64,000 nt of DNA from a virus (taxonomy: Duplodnaviria > Caudoviricetes). The stretch is from IMG/VR virus record IMGVR_UViG_3300033463_000012. One strand, 5' to 3'. The notes beneath the pieces were generated by a model, which was not told the DNA's origin, searched no databases, and was given only the letters and a program-made list of their open reading frames with translations. This document shows, one piece after another, positions 54,423-63,208 of this stretch. A program made the position numbers and the translations under genes. Numbering within the stretch: the stretch's first letter is position 1; each line of letters opens with the position of its first letter.

Positions 54423-55340
54423 TTACACCGCCTCCCTGTTGAACCGGAAGGCGACGCGCGAGTTGTGAAGTTCCTTGAGGGTCTTGAAGATGTTCTGGAT
54501 GTAGACCTTCGCTTCCTCGGAATTGTCACGATTGATGAAGAATTCGTATTCCGCGTTGTTGTCGTAGTCGATGTAGGTCTGAACATTGATCCTGGAGCAG
54601 TTCGTGCACTTGGTGATAGCTGCCTTGAAGGTGGGGCGATAGTCACCGCTCGTGGCGTAGACGCAGGCGCCTTCGTTCTCGTTGAGCATGGAGATTTCCT
54701 TCCCGCCGATGCGGTTCTCGATTCCCTTGAGGGCTTCGACCACCATCGTCTTGACCATGTTGAACTGCATGTCGTTCGCGAAGTTGGCCAGGATGTTCTG
54801 CTTGCCCTTGGCCTCGTATTCCTTCTTCTTTTCCAGGACCTTGTCCACGAAACCTTCGATGTCGATTTCGCCGTTCGCGTCCTCGTCCACGTAGGAGTAG
54901 AGCTGGTCATCAGTCCCGATCGAGTTGCTGTCCTTCATCATGTCATACTTGCCGGGGCAGTGAAACTTGAAGTTCCGAACCAGAACCTCGTCCCCGATGC
55001 AGGCGACCAGACCAGCTCGGCAGTTGTAGGTCACGCGGGAATTGGCGGCCGTCTTCACGTGGAAATAGACCGAGTAGTGCTTGGTTCGACTCCAGCTGAT
55101 CTTGTCGTTCAGGGTGATCATGGTGTGACCGTCCAGAACCGACTTGTAGGGAGTGACGTAGGCGTTGTAGAAAGGAGAGGTGAGGGAGGTCGAGAGGTTG
55201 TCGACCGAGTATTCGACCCCGCGATTGTCGAGGACCCTCTTCAGCTCCGCCATGATTTTGTCGTGGCGGATGCGGAGGCGACCCGAGTTGAAACCGGTGT
55301 GAGTTTTCTGGTTGGGGTGTCCGTAGATTTTGATTTCCAT
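54423..55340 (-). CDS. Hypothetical early protein
   Basis: 305 aa; strong codon bias; own promoter and leader. Confidence 0.85.
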   Translation of the reverse strand: MEIKIYGHPNQKTHTGFNSGRLRIRHDKIMAELKRVLDNRGVEYSVDNLSTSLTSPFYNAYVTPYKSVLDGHTMITLNDKISWSRTKHYSVYFHVKTAANSRVTYNCRAGLVACIGDEVLVRNFKFHCPGKYDMMKDSNSIGTDDQLYSYVDEDANGEIDIEGFVDKVLEKKKEYEAKGKQNILANFANDMQFNMVKTMVVEALKGIENRIGGKEISMLNENEGACVYATSGDYRPTFKAAITKCTNCSRINVQTYIDYDNNAEYEFFINRDNSEEAKVYIQNIFKTLKELHNSRVAFRFNREAV

Positions 55341-55372
55341 AGGTGCCTCCTGGCTGGTTCTTGGTTTCTAGG

Positions 55373-55407
55373 TATAATATAATATCTTTTTGGCCAAACG
55401 GAACCAA
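55373..55407 (-). promoter_or_regulatory. Early promoter
   Basis: TTGGTT-N17-TATTATATTATA. Confidence 0.8.
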
Positions 55408-55457
55408 AAATCTTCAGGGATATGCACTTTTTAGTTTCTACAGAAATTCTAGAAAAT

Positions 55458-55853
55458 TTAGCCCTTGAACCACAGGCCCTCTATTTCCTCCAATGCTTGC
55501 TCTATGCACGTTTTGAAGGTCTTGGACTTGTCCTCGTAGTATTCCAGAATCTTGACGGTTTTCGGCCCATCATAGATTTCCGCTCTGAACAAGGAAAGGA
55601 TCGCCTGAATGGAGCCATCCTCGTTTCTCGCGATCGCCATGCCGGGAACGAAACAGACTCGCTTGTCCTCAAGGGTAAGTGTCATCTTGTCCTTCCAATC
55701 AGACCCGTAGAGAAATTGAACCTCGGTGTGTTTCTTCACGAAGTCGATCAGAAAGTAGGACAACGTGTAGCCAGTGCGACGGCAATGGATGTCAGGGTTG
55801 AATTCCTGTCCTTCCTGTTCGTCGCCGTAGCTGTTCCATTCAGGTTCATCCAA
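55458..55853 (-). CDS. Hypothetical protein
   Basis: TTG start after GGAGG. Confidence 0.75.
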   Translation of the reverse strand: MDEPEWNSYGDEQEGQEFNPDIHCRRTGYTLSYFLIDFVKKHTEVQFLYGSDWKDKMTLTLEDKRVCFVPGMAIARNEDGSIQAILSLFRAEIYDGPKTVKILEYYEDKSKTFKTCIEQALEEIEGLWFKG

Positions 55854-56229
55854 CGCTGTATCCTCCGAACGATGCCCTCATCTTCTTCAGTCTTTCCTCG
55901 CGGAGCGCCTGATGCATCTTTCGCTTCTCCGCCATCTTGTCTTCAAAGCGACGGCGTTCAGTGATGTATTTCTGCAAGAAGCGCGCTTCCTTCTTCGACT
56001 CGGATTCCTCGGTATCGACTTCTTCCGATTCCTTCTTCACTGGCTTCGGCTTGAATTTGTTTTCATACCGAACGACTATGGCAAGGTTGGTGTGCGTGTC
56101 GAATTTTTCCCTGAACATCATGGGAAGGTCTTTGGTCAAGGTGAGGCTTTGCGCCAACACCTTGTCCCCGCATTCCTTCAGCCACGCGTCCTCTTCGGAC
56201 GTCCAAGTCCTCACTCCGGAAGTGTTCAT
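55846..56229 (-). CDS. Hypothetical protein with Myb/SANT-like start
   Basis: Start MNTSG at 56229; RTWTSEEDAWLKE. Confidence 0.65.
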   Translation of the reverse strand: MNTSGVRTWTSEEDAWLKECGDKVLAQSLTLTKDLPMMFREKFDTHTNLAIVVRYENKFKPKPVKKESEEVDTEESESKKEARFLQKYITERRRFEDKMAEKRKMHQALREERLKKMRASFGGYSVG

Positions 56230-56621
56230 CAGGCGACCTCCATCCCTTCGGTCTTGGCGGTCTTGTTCATCTCCCGCTTGATCTGCTCCCGGATTTCTTC
56301 CTTGTCGAAGCAGTAGTCGGAAGCGGTGAATCCTTCCTTGATCGAGCACAGCTTGGCGGACACCTCGTCAATGAGGACATCCTGATGACTGTACACTTCC
56401 CACCACGCGGTAGCCCGAATGAACACCTCGTCGTCCACCGCTTCGTTCAGCATGTTCGGGTCGCACGGAGTGGCGCCCCCGTCGGTGCCCACATAGTCGA
56501 GTTCAAAGTTGACATCCCCTTCCTTGTGATACTTCTTCGCTTCAGTGTTGATGATCTGAATGAATTCCTTGTAGCGGGAATCGAGAAGTTCCTTGGTCTG
56601 CGTTTCGGTGTTGGTGGTCAT
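56229..56621 (-). CDS. Hypothetical protein
   Basis: Start MTTNTET at 56621 after GGAG. Confidence 0.75.
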   Translation of the reverse strand: MTTNTETQTKELLDSRYKEFIQIINTEAKKYHKEGDVNFELDYVGTDGGATPCDPNMLNEAVDDEVFIRATAWWEVYSHQDVLIDEVSAKLCSIKEGFTASDYCFDKEEIREQIKREMNKTAKTEGMEVA

Positions 56622-56623
56622 GA

Positions 56624-57079
56624 CTAGTTCTCCTTCATCATGCTTTGTTGTAGAATTTCCAGTTTGTCCTTCGTCTTGCTGAGTTCTTCGTCGTTCACTG
56701 TGGTATAGGTCCAACCTCCGAAGTTGATGTGTCTGTCCTTGAAAAATCCCGACGCACGTTCCACGTCAGATGCCTTGTTCCAAACTCGCATGTCGGTCAC
56801 GAGAAGGGAAAAGCCGTAGAGTGATCCCCACGTCCTTCCGCCTGCGCCAATGCGAATGTTGAAATATCCATAGCTCCAGACCTTGTACATCAGGGTCGAG
56901 TCGCTCTTGATCTCGTTCCATCCGTGGGTGTAGGCGTAGTCGGATATGTAGTTCTCCAGCTTCGCATACTGCTCCCTGATCTTCTCTGGATCCTCCACCG
57001 CGGCCGTCTCGTAGATAAGATAGCTCGGGGTGGAGGACTTCTTGGACACGAGGTCCTTCAGTCTGGAAAGAAGTCCCAT
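56624..57079 (-). CDS. Hypothetical protein
   Basis: SD GGAGG; 151 aa. Confidence 0.8.
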   Translation of the reverse strand: MGLLSRLKDLVSKKSSTPSYLIYETAAVEDPEKIREQYAKLENYISDYAYTHGWNEIKSDSTLMYKVWSYGYFNIRIGAGGRTWGSLYGFSLLVTDMRVWNKASDVERASGFFKDRHINFGGWTYTTVNDEELSKTKDKLEILQQSMMKEN

Positions 57080-57088
57080 GGTTTCCTC

Positions 57089-58570
57089 CTAGGCGTCTTC
57101 GTCTTCGCTCTTCACGTAGGCGACTCGACCGACCTTGGAAAGATTGTCTTTGCAGTAGTTGTAATGGTTCTCGGAGTCGATCAGCCAGCAGACATCCGCG
57201 GGATTGATCCCCTTGAGATTCGGGGTGTAGCATTCTCCGTCGGTGAAGACGATGATTCCGTCGTAGGAGGAATCCGCCTTTTCCAGGAAGTCAAAGACGA
57301 CCTGGAAATCCGTGCCTCCGCGACCGGCGGGCTTGTATTCCTTCATCGCCTTCTTCAGCTGAATGGGCTTGTGATTCTGAATCTGAGCGTCGAAGAAATA
57401 GACGTCCAGCTCCTGAATCCCGTAGGCGAAGATGTTGTTGATCGAGCCGAAGCAGTCCGCGAGGGCCTTGGAGGAAACCGACCCGGAAGTGTCGATGAAC
57501 CAAGCCAGCTTCGTGGTGTATTCATGCTTTCGACCGGGGAAGCCGAAGCCGAAGCGGCGGTTGGGGCGCATCCGGTTGAGAGTCGTGTTGGAGGAGAGGA
57601 CTCGCTGACGGAATTGCTTGAGGATGCTCTTGTAATTCACCTTGGGCTTCAGCGAGGCGAGCAGCGTTTCCTGATAGCCACCCGTGACCGAGCCCCACTG
57701 ACCGGTGATCTGCGCTTCGCGAATGGCGTTCTCGATTTCGTTCTCGATGATAGGGTCTTCATCCCAGTTTTCGGAAAGTTCGGTGGGGTTCTGCGGATTG
57801 TTGTAGCGGTCCATCCCCTTGCGTTCCTTGCCGGAGCCGGAGCCGGAACCTTCCTTCTTTTCGTCCTGCTTGCCTTCACCGGAACCAGAGCCGTTCTTGT
57901 CTTCGCCCTTCTTCCGGCGACCGCGCTTACCCTGACCGTTCTGACCTTCGCCGGAATCTTCACTGCTTTCTCCGCCAGTGGGACCGGGGTTGATGTGAAC
58001 CTTGGCGTCGATCATTTCGATGTAGCGGTCGAGCAGGTTGTAGTAGTATTCCATGTGCCGCTTCTGCATGGTTTCGAGATCGGGCAGCTGGATTCGTCCC
58101 ACGACCTTCTCCAGCTTTTCGCGAGTGAAACCAGTGCGGCGCTTCAGCTCTTCGTCCGAGAGGGCCTTGACCGACTCGTACAGCTTCATGAACTTTTCCT
58201 GGTCCTCGGAATAGCCCTTCTTCTGGATGTAGTCGTAGAGGTCCTTCACCTTGGCCTGACCGAGGTTGCGACCGTGTTCCGCAAGGGTGAGGTTGGAGGC
58301 GTTGTAGGAGGCGACCGGATTTTTCTTCTTCCGTTCGTAGGGGTGACGGAGGAGAATGCGGTCGAGTTCGTTGAAGAGGACGTTCTTCAGAGCCCCGTCG
58401 GAAAGTTCGGAGATGAAGTCGGGGTTGTAGTGGATTTCCTTCTTCCAAACCCCAATGGTTTCAATCTTCTTGTCGATGACCAGCTTGTGAGTCAGGGAAA
58501 CCATCTGATAAAGGGGTTCATCCAGATAGAGTTTCCCGAAGATGTCTCTGATTCGTTCTTCTGCGGTCAT
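57089..58570 (-). CDS. DUF2201-type VWA-domain protein (MoxR partner)
   Basis: YNPDF..L, RPNRRF, IDTSGSVS MIDAS motif, GRGGTDF, VFTDG; start MTAEERI at 58570. Confidence 0.9.
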   Translation of the reverse strand: MTAEERIRDIFGKLYLDEPLYQMVSLTHKLVIDKKIETIGVWKKEIHYNPDFISELSDGALKNVLFNELDRILLRHPYERKKKNPVASYNASNLTLAEHGRNLGQAKVKDLYDYIQKKGYSEDQEKFMKLYESVKALSDEELKRRTGFTREKLEKVVGRIQLPDLETMQKRHMEYYYNLLDRYIEMIDAKVHINPGPTGGESSEDSGEGQNGQGKRGRRKKGEDKNGSGSGEGKQDEKKEGSGSGSGKERKGMDRYNNPQNPTELSENWDEDPIIENEIENAIREAQITGQWGSVTGGYQETLLASLKPKVNYKSILKQFRQRVLSSNTTLNRMRPNRRFGFGFPGRKHEYTTKLAWFIDTSGSVSSKALADCFGSINNIFAYGIQELDVYFFDAQIQNHKPIQLKKAMKEYKPAGRGGTDFQVVFDFLEKADSSYDGIIVFTDGECYTPNLKGINPADVCWLIDSENHYNYCKDNLSKVGRVAYVKSEDEDA

Positions 58571-58623
58571 GTCTGCCTCCTGGCTAGATTTTGAGAGGTT
58601 GTGGTTTTCTAGGCCTCTCTGGG

Positions 58624-58658
58624 TATAATATAATAACTTTTGGCCAAAACGGAACCAA
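58624..58658 (-). promoter_or_regulatory. Early promoter
   Basis: TTGGTT-N17-TATTATATTATA. Confidence 0.8.
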
Positions 58659-58682
58659 CTTTTTGCAAAAAATGCAGATACC

Positions 58683-58859
58683 CTAATCTTTCTTAATATG
58701 CTCCAATTTCTCAAATTTCTCTTTTGCTGCAGTATATGAGTAAGTTCCGAACACCTGGGCTTTCGTGTCGGCGGTCAGGATTCGGTAGCAGTAGAGGTCC
58801 TTCCTGAGGATGAAGTGTTTCCCAGTGGCCAAATCTTCGGGCTGTTCTTTTTCTTCCAT
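58683..58859 (-). CDS. 58-aa hypothetical protein (not in the ORF track)
   Basis: TAATG overlap; MEEKEQPEDL..HIKKD*. Confidence 0.55.
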   Translation of the reverse strand: MEEKEQPEDLATGKHFILRKDLYCYRILTADTKAQVFGTYSYTAAKEKFEKLEHIKKD

Positions 58860-59050
58860 TAGTCGTATTCTCCCAAGTCTGCAAGCGCTTGAAACATATT
58901 CTCGTAGTCAGAGTCTCGCCCCTCGGATATCCGCTTGTCGCATTCATTGCAGATTTCCAAGTGCCTATGGGAAAAGTTGTATTTGATCAGGGAAGTTTTC
59001 GATTCCCCGCAAATCATGCAAGACTTGAGGTCTTGAATTCTTTCCTCCAT
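58859..59050 (-). CDS. Small zinc-finger protein
   Basis: CMICG..ICNECD; SD GGAGG. Confidence 0.7.
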   Translation of the reverse strand: MEERIQDLKSCMICGESKTSLIKYNFSHRHLEICNECDKRISEGRDSDYENMFQALADLGEYD

Positions 59051-59063
59051 ATCCCACCTCCGA

Positions 59064-59237
59064 CTAGTCGATTCTCTTCTTCCTTGTTTTCTTTTCCTGT
59101 TCAAGCAGGATGACCTTCGTTGGCTTCTCGCGCTTCGGCTTGTTCCTGAGGAGGATCCAATTCGAAATCGAGAAATACAACAGTAGGCACATGGCTACTG
59201 TCATTACCATCTGAGTGACTATGAACAAAGTGTCCAT
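59064..59237 (-). CDS. Small membrane protein
   Basis: SD AAGGAG; hydrophobic N-terminus, basic tail. Confidence 0.65.
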   Translation of the reverse strand: MDTLFIVTQMVMTVAMCLLLYFSISNWILLRNKPKREKPTKVILLEQEKKTRKKRID

Positions 59238-59247
59238 CTTTTTCTCC

Positions 59248-59799
59248 TTATTCGACTCGCAGTCCCATCCAAGTTCTGTTGTCATCCAAGTAGGCATCGT
59301 GTGTCAACCAAAAACCATAGAGGAAACACGCGGCTTGATATTTATATCTTGCACCGAATGAATCACTATCGAACATTTCCGTGGCTTCATTCAGTTCTTC
59401 CCTTACTGAATCCTTTTGCTCTTGTGTTAGTTTCATGTATTCAGTGGTGTCCATGTATTCCTTGATCTTGGACAGACGAAGGAACCATCTCTGATATTCC
59501 TGTTCCATCCGCTCAAGGATTTTCTCGCAATCCTTTTTGGTGTAGTAGTGCCATTTCTCGCTCCACTCCAAACCACCTGGATGCACTTCGTCCTTTCGGT
59601 GAGTGATCTCGAACAATGCCCTGGCATCGTCGGGCATTCCCAATTTCGATGCAGTGGAGAATTCGCAAATGGTTTCGTCTATTGGTCCTGAACCGGAACA
59701 AAGCCATTTGAGCTCGTCATACCAATCATCCAGGACAACATGACATGTTCCGTCTTCGTTGTCCTTCTTCACCATTCTGACGTAGACAGTCCAAGACAT
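59248..59799 (-). CDS. Hypothetical protein
   Basis: SD GGAG; 183 aa. Confidence 0.8.
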   Translation of the reverse strand: MSWTVYVRMVKKDNEDGTCHVVLDDWYDELKWLCSGSGPIDETICEFSTASKLGMPDDARALFEITHRKDEVHPGGLEWSEKWHYYTKKDCEKILERMEQEYQRWFLRLSKIKEYMDTTEYMKLTQEQKDSVREELNEATEMFDSDSFGARYKYQAACFLYGFWLTHDAYLDDNRTWMGLRVE

Positions 59800-59826
59800 T
59801 TCAGTTCTCCTAGATGAGAATATAAC

Positions 59827-60453
59827 TTATTTCAAACAATTCGAGAATATCTCCTTGATCCTCGTCTCCAGTTCTTCGATAGTTCCATTGTTGTCGATTT
59901 CGTAGTCGAAGACAAAGTGGTCAAGAGCTGTTTCCGAATCATGTGTCTGCGTGCTGTCATTGGTGTCCACGAAACCTTCCTTGTTCCCTCTCCAGATTCG
60001 CAGGGTGCTGGTTTCCGGGAATGCCTTCTTCAAATCATGATATTCAGAAGGGAAACGGAAGTCAGTGACCAGGACGACGTCGGCCTTGTTTTCCTTGACT
60101 CTTTTGACCAATTGTTCAGTCCACCAATTCTCGGCCACGTTCTTGCGGAAGATTTCTGTCCCATAGGTCTGCAGAAGGATGCGGGTCAAAGCCGTCTTGT
60201 CTTCATACCAGTTTTCGTCCTTGATATGCAGAAGGTCAGCCAGCATGTCATTTCCTGACCGTCTTGCTTCCTGTGAAAGTTCATTGAGATAGCTGGCCAG
60301 GACTGCAAAATCTCGCTTGCATCCATCCTTCACTCCCTTGGCCAGCATCTCGCAGTCGACCTTGAGTCCCTGAGATTCAAGCCATTCCTTGGCGATCTTC
60401 GCGGCCAGGTTCTTTCCAGAGTGAATTTTTCCACCGAGCATCCATAGTTTCAT
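59827..60453 (-). CDS. Deoxynucleoside monophosphate kinase (T4 gp1-like)
   Basis: GGKIHSGK, RILLQTYGTEIFR, VTDFRFPSE, HDSE. Confidence 0.9.
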   Translation of the reverse strand: MKLWMLGGKIHSGKNLAAKIAKEWLESQGLKVDCEMLAKGVKDGCKRDFAVLASYLNELSQEARRSGNDMLADLLHIKDENWYEDKTALTRILLQTYGTEIFRKNVAENWWTEQLVKRVKENKADVVLVTDFRFPSEYHDLKKAFPETSTLRIWRGNKEGFVDTNDSTQTHDSETALDHFVFDYEIDNNGTIEELETRIKEIFSNCLK

Positions 60454-61250
60454 AGAGCGTTCTCCTTTTGCTTCAATATAGTTTTGTCACTGAAATCGAA
60501 CAAGCGATCAAAGTGTCTAGGTCTCGCTTCAACGGAATCCAGAAAATCCCTGAAGCATTCGTTCACTGCTTCCTTTATCCTCGGATACTGTTCTTCCTTT
60601 ATTTCGTAGAAAGCGAGCATCCTGTCTACATTTCCTGTGTTAGGCGCCGAAAAGGTGATCCTCATTTGAAAGAGGTTGACGTTTATGGTCAATATTCCTT
60701 GAATGAAAAAAGCGGCCATTGTGTCAGCTCGCTTCACCCAATGTTCAGCTGAAATGATCTCGTCAACGTGATTTATCATGATGTTCAAGGCGAGTTTGTC
60801 CTTGAAGTCAGTTTTCCTGAATTCACTTTTCAGCTTCTCGACTTGTTCATAGACATAGTCAACCAGTTCTTCAAATGACCTTCCATTCTTTGGATAACCT
60901 ACCACATGTCTTTCATAAAGCAGTTCAATAGGTTCATCTTCTGTTGGTTCATGAAGGCATCCGCCTGCATCATTGATGAAGAATGCATAGTCACCATTGT
61001 CGAGGTAGGTAAAGAAAAGTTTGTATTCCTGTCTGCCCCACTTTCCAAGGCGACCATTACCAATGTCGACCATCAGCATGTTTCTGAGTTCTTCGTTCCT
61101 GTCCATCCACCTGATGTCCCAAGGACCAGCATGGATGTATTCTTGAACAAGAAACACTGAACCTTCCCCGAATCGTTCTTGAATCATATCACGAACAATA
61201 TGATATACAGCTCGATTCTTTTCGGTAATGGCGCCAATCGTTATAGGCAT
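60450..61250 (-). CDS. Hypothetical protein
   Basis: 266 aa; overlaps both neighbours. Confidence 0.8.
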   Translation of the reverse strand: MPITIGAITEKNRAVYHIVRDMIQERFGEGSVFLVQEYIHAGPWDIRWMDRNEELRNMLMVDIGNGRLGKWGRQEYKLFFTYLDNGDYAFFINDAGGCLHEPTEDEPIELLYERHVVGYPKNGRSFEELVDYVYEQVEKLKSEFRKTDFKDKLALNIMINHVDEIISAEHWVKRADTMAAFFIQGILTINVNLFQMRITFSAPNTGNVDRMLAFYEIKEEQYPRIKEAVNECFRDFLDSVEARPRHFDRLFDFSDKTILKQKENAL

Positions 61251-61567
61251 GCGTTCACCGTTTTCAGGACGAAGTCGACTATTTTCTTCAATGACTCTTG
61301 GTCAAAGTTGTATCTTCCGGCTAATGACTGATGAGAAAGGACCTTTCCTTTTTTCTTTATCGAAAGCGTGACGACCATGTTCCCTTCATTCACGCGCATG
61401 AACCTTATGATCACGCACCTTTCGACCACATAGTATTTGTCGGACATTCCATCCTGAACGACTACAATTGGCTGATCATCGGCATATTTGACTATGTTTT
61501 CCCAGCCGAGTTGATCCTTCAGCTTTTCCGCCAACAGGTTTATGAAGAATTCCTTTTGAAAGTTCAT
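61241..61567 (-). CDS. Hypothetical protein (FxxxFFxNLL family)
   Basis: FQKEFFINLLAEKL. Confidence 0.75.
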   Translation of the reverse strand: MNFQKEFFINLLAEKLKDQLGWENIVKYADDQPIVVVQDGMSDKYYVVERCVIIRFMRVNEGNMVVTLSIKKKGKVLSHQSLAGRYNFDQESLKKIVDFVLKTVNACL

Positions 61568-61583
61568 GTGGTTCTCCTAGACA

Positions 61584-61630
61584 AAATATAATCAATTCTT
61601 TGTACTCTTGACCAAAAAATTTATTATATT
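61584..61630. promoter_or_regulatory. Overlapping divergent early-type promoters
   Basis: + strand TTGTAC-N16-TATTATATT; - strand TTGGTC..GATTATATT. Confidence 0.65.
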
Positions 61631-61636
61631 TTTCTC

Positions 61637-62155
61637 ATGAAACAGAGACATGTTGACCAATTGAAGCTGATATTCCCGGAGACCCCTGACCATTGCGGAC
61701 AGGAAGGCACGGGGACATTTTATGCCTTCAACAAGCAACTTCGGTTCGGCCATGTCGGTGAGGAGTATTTCCTTGACCGGTGGGAACACGGATTTGACTA
61801 CATCCGGTGCAGAAATTTCAAGGTGTTTCTGAAAAAGCTGGAAGCGCTCAGGAAGACCTTTGAACGAGAACAGTTCAGAAAGAATCTGACCGCGAACATC
61901 CTCTGCAAGAAGTTGGAGGAAAAGGGTTTCGAAGCAAAGGTAATAAAAGAGCTGGACCGCGATGACGTCAAAATCCGTGCAACACATCCGAAGCATCCTC
62001 CATTGAGCAAGTTCTCGTTCAGGGTTGGCTCGGATTTCATTGATGCCTATCACGGAGTGGTTCGAATCTACTTCATGGGCGGTGATCCTAAGTTTACAAT
62101 TCCTGGGGCAATGGAAGCTGTCATAAAGAGGGCCAAATGGAAAAAGCTGCTATGA
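61637..62155 (+). CDS. Hypothetical protein, paralog of 62152
   Basis: QLKLIFPETPD; FRKNLTANILCKKLEEKG. Confidence 0.8.
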   Translation: MKQRHVDQLKLIFPETPDHCGQEGTGTFYAFNKQLRFGHVGEEYFLDRWEHGFDYIRCRNFKVFLKKLEALRKTFEREQFRKNLTANILCKKLEEKGFEAKVIKELDRDDVKIRATHPKHPPLSKFSFRVGSDFIDAYHGVVRIYFMGGDPKFTIPGAMEAVIKRAKWKKLL

Positions 62156-62712
62156 CCAAAGACCAGCTGAAACAGGTCAAGGAGATATTCCCGGAGATAC
62201 CTGATGATCTGCTGGATTATCCTACAACTTCATTTTATGTTTTCCGTAATTGGTGTTGCATGAGTCACATCAACGGGGAATACGAGATGAACGAATGGGG
62301 GACAACCAATTTCTATGCTCGTTCCGAAAATTTCGACGTGTTTCTGAATCAACTGAAGGAAGTGAGAAAGCGGTTTGATCAGAAAGAGGAGAAAAGAAAA
62401 CGGGAAAAGGTCGCGAGGAATTTCATATCGAAAATCCTTTGCACCAAGCTGAACAAACTCGGATTCACGACGGAAGTTCATGAAGACGATGTATTGGAAC
62501 ATCTGACGATAGATGCCTTCTTTCCTCCGCCTTTGATGTCCGGGTCCCTTGCGCAGATTGATGTTTGGGTTGGACGCGTTCAGGTATATTATATGTACAA
62601 CATCTTGTTCGACCGGAGGGAAGAACAGGGAAATATGGTGGAAGGCGCCGTAGAAAGGATCGCTGAACTTCAAAAGGACGAGCTGGAGAAGTATCATCAT
62701 GAGCTACGCTAG
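62152..62712 (+). CDS. Hypothetical protein, paralog of 61637
   Basis: QVKEIFPEIPD; ARNFISKILCTKLNKLG. Confidence 0.8.
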   Translation: MTKDQLKQVKEIFPEIPDDLLDYPTTSFYVFRNWCCMSHINGEYEMNEWGTTNFYARSENFDVFLNQLKEVRKRFDQKEEKRKREKVARNFISKILCTKLNKLGFTTEVHEDDVLEHLTIDAFFPPPLMSGSLAQIDVWVGRVQVYYMYNILFDRREEQGNMVEGAVERIAELQKDELEKYHHELR

Positions 62713-63208
62713 ACTGAAACCGATAACCAAGTGGCTGAACGACCATAACATACCTTATGTGGGTACCAGTTCACCGAATGGCCACGATGAGGTGTTCGAT
62801 TGGAAGGGAAACACTTGGTGTGTGGGCAGCTTCAAGATGTACAAAAAGAACCTGATGCTGTCAAAAGTCAATTGTCAGATCAATCTGATCTTCCCCAAGT
62901 CCAGGATGGTCTACGAATACTTGGAGAACATGGAAAAGATTGACTACGAGATGAAATTGGCCTACAGAATTCTGAGCAAGAAGTTCCAATCAGATAAAAA
63001 TTTCTTGTGGGAATATCATGGAAACATCATATGGAAGGATTGGGACATCGCTATCGAGCCGTTTAAAGTGGTGGTCTACAATAATATCGATGACCCTAGC
63101 AAGCATGTATGCAAGAAATGGACATGGGGATGGTCCAGGGGCATCAAGGTTCAAACCATGATCAAACGGGTGATCAAGTTGGTTGAGGAATACGAAAGGA
63201 TCGTTTGA
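62699..63208 (+). CDS. Hypothetical protein
   Basis: YEMKLAYRILSKKF. Confidence 0.75.
   Translation: MSYARLKPITKWLNDHNIPYVGTSSPNGHDEVFDWKGNTWCVGSFKMYKKNLMLSKVNCQINLIFPKSRMVYEYLENMEKIDYEMKLAYRILSKKFQSDKNFLWEYHGNIIWKDWDIAIEPFKVVVYNNIDDPSKHVCKKWTWGWSRGIKVQTMIKRVIKLVEEYERIV

Noticed and set aside
56924-58594. Long antisense ORFs (556 aa here; also 52564-53715, 54327-55382, 49593-50750, 27135-28025, 5103-6095, 2644-3363)
   Set aside because: They are shadows of strongly codon-biased genes on the opposite strand and show no recognisable motifs.
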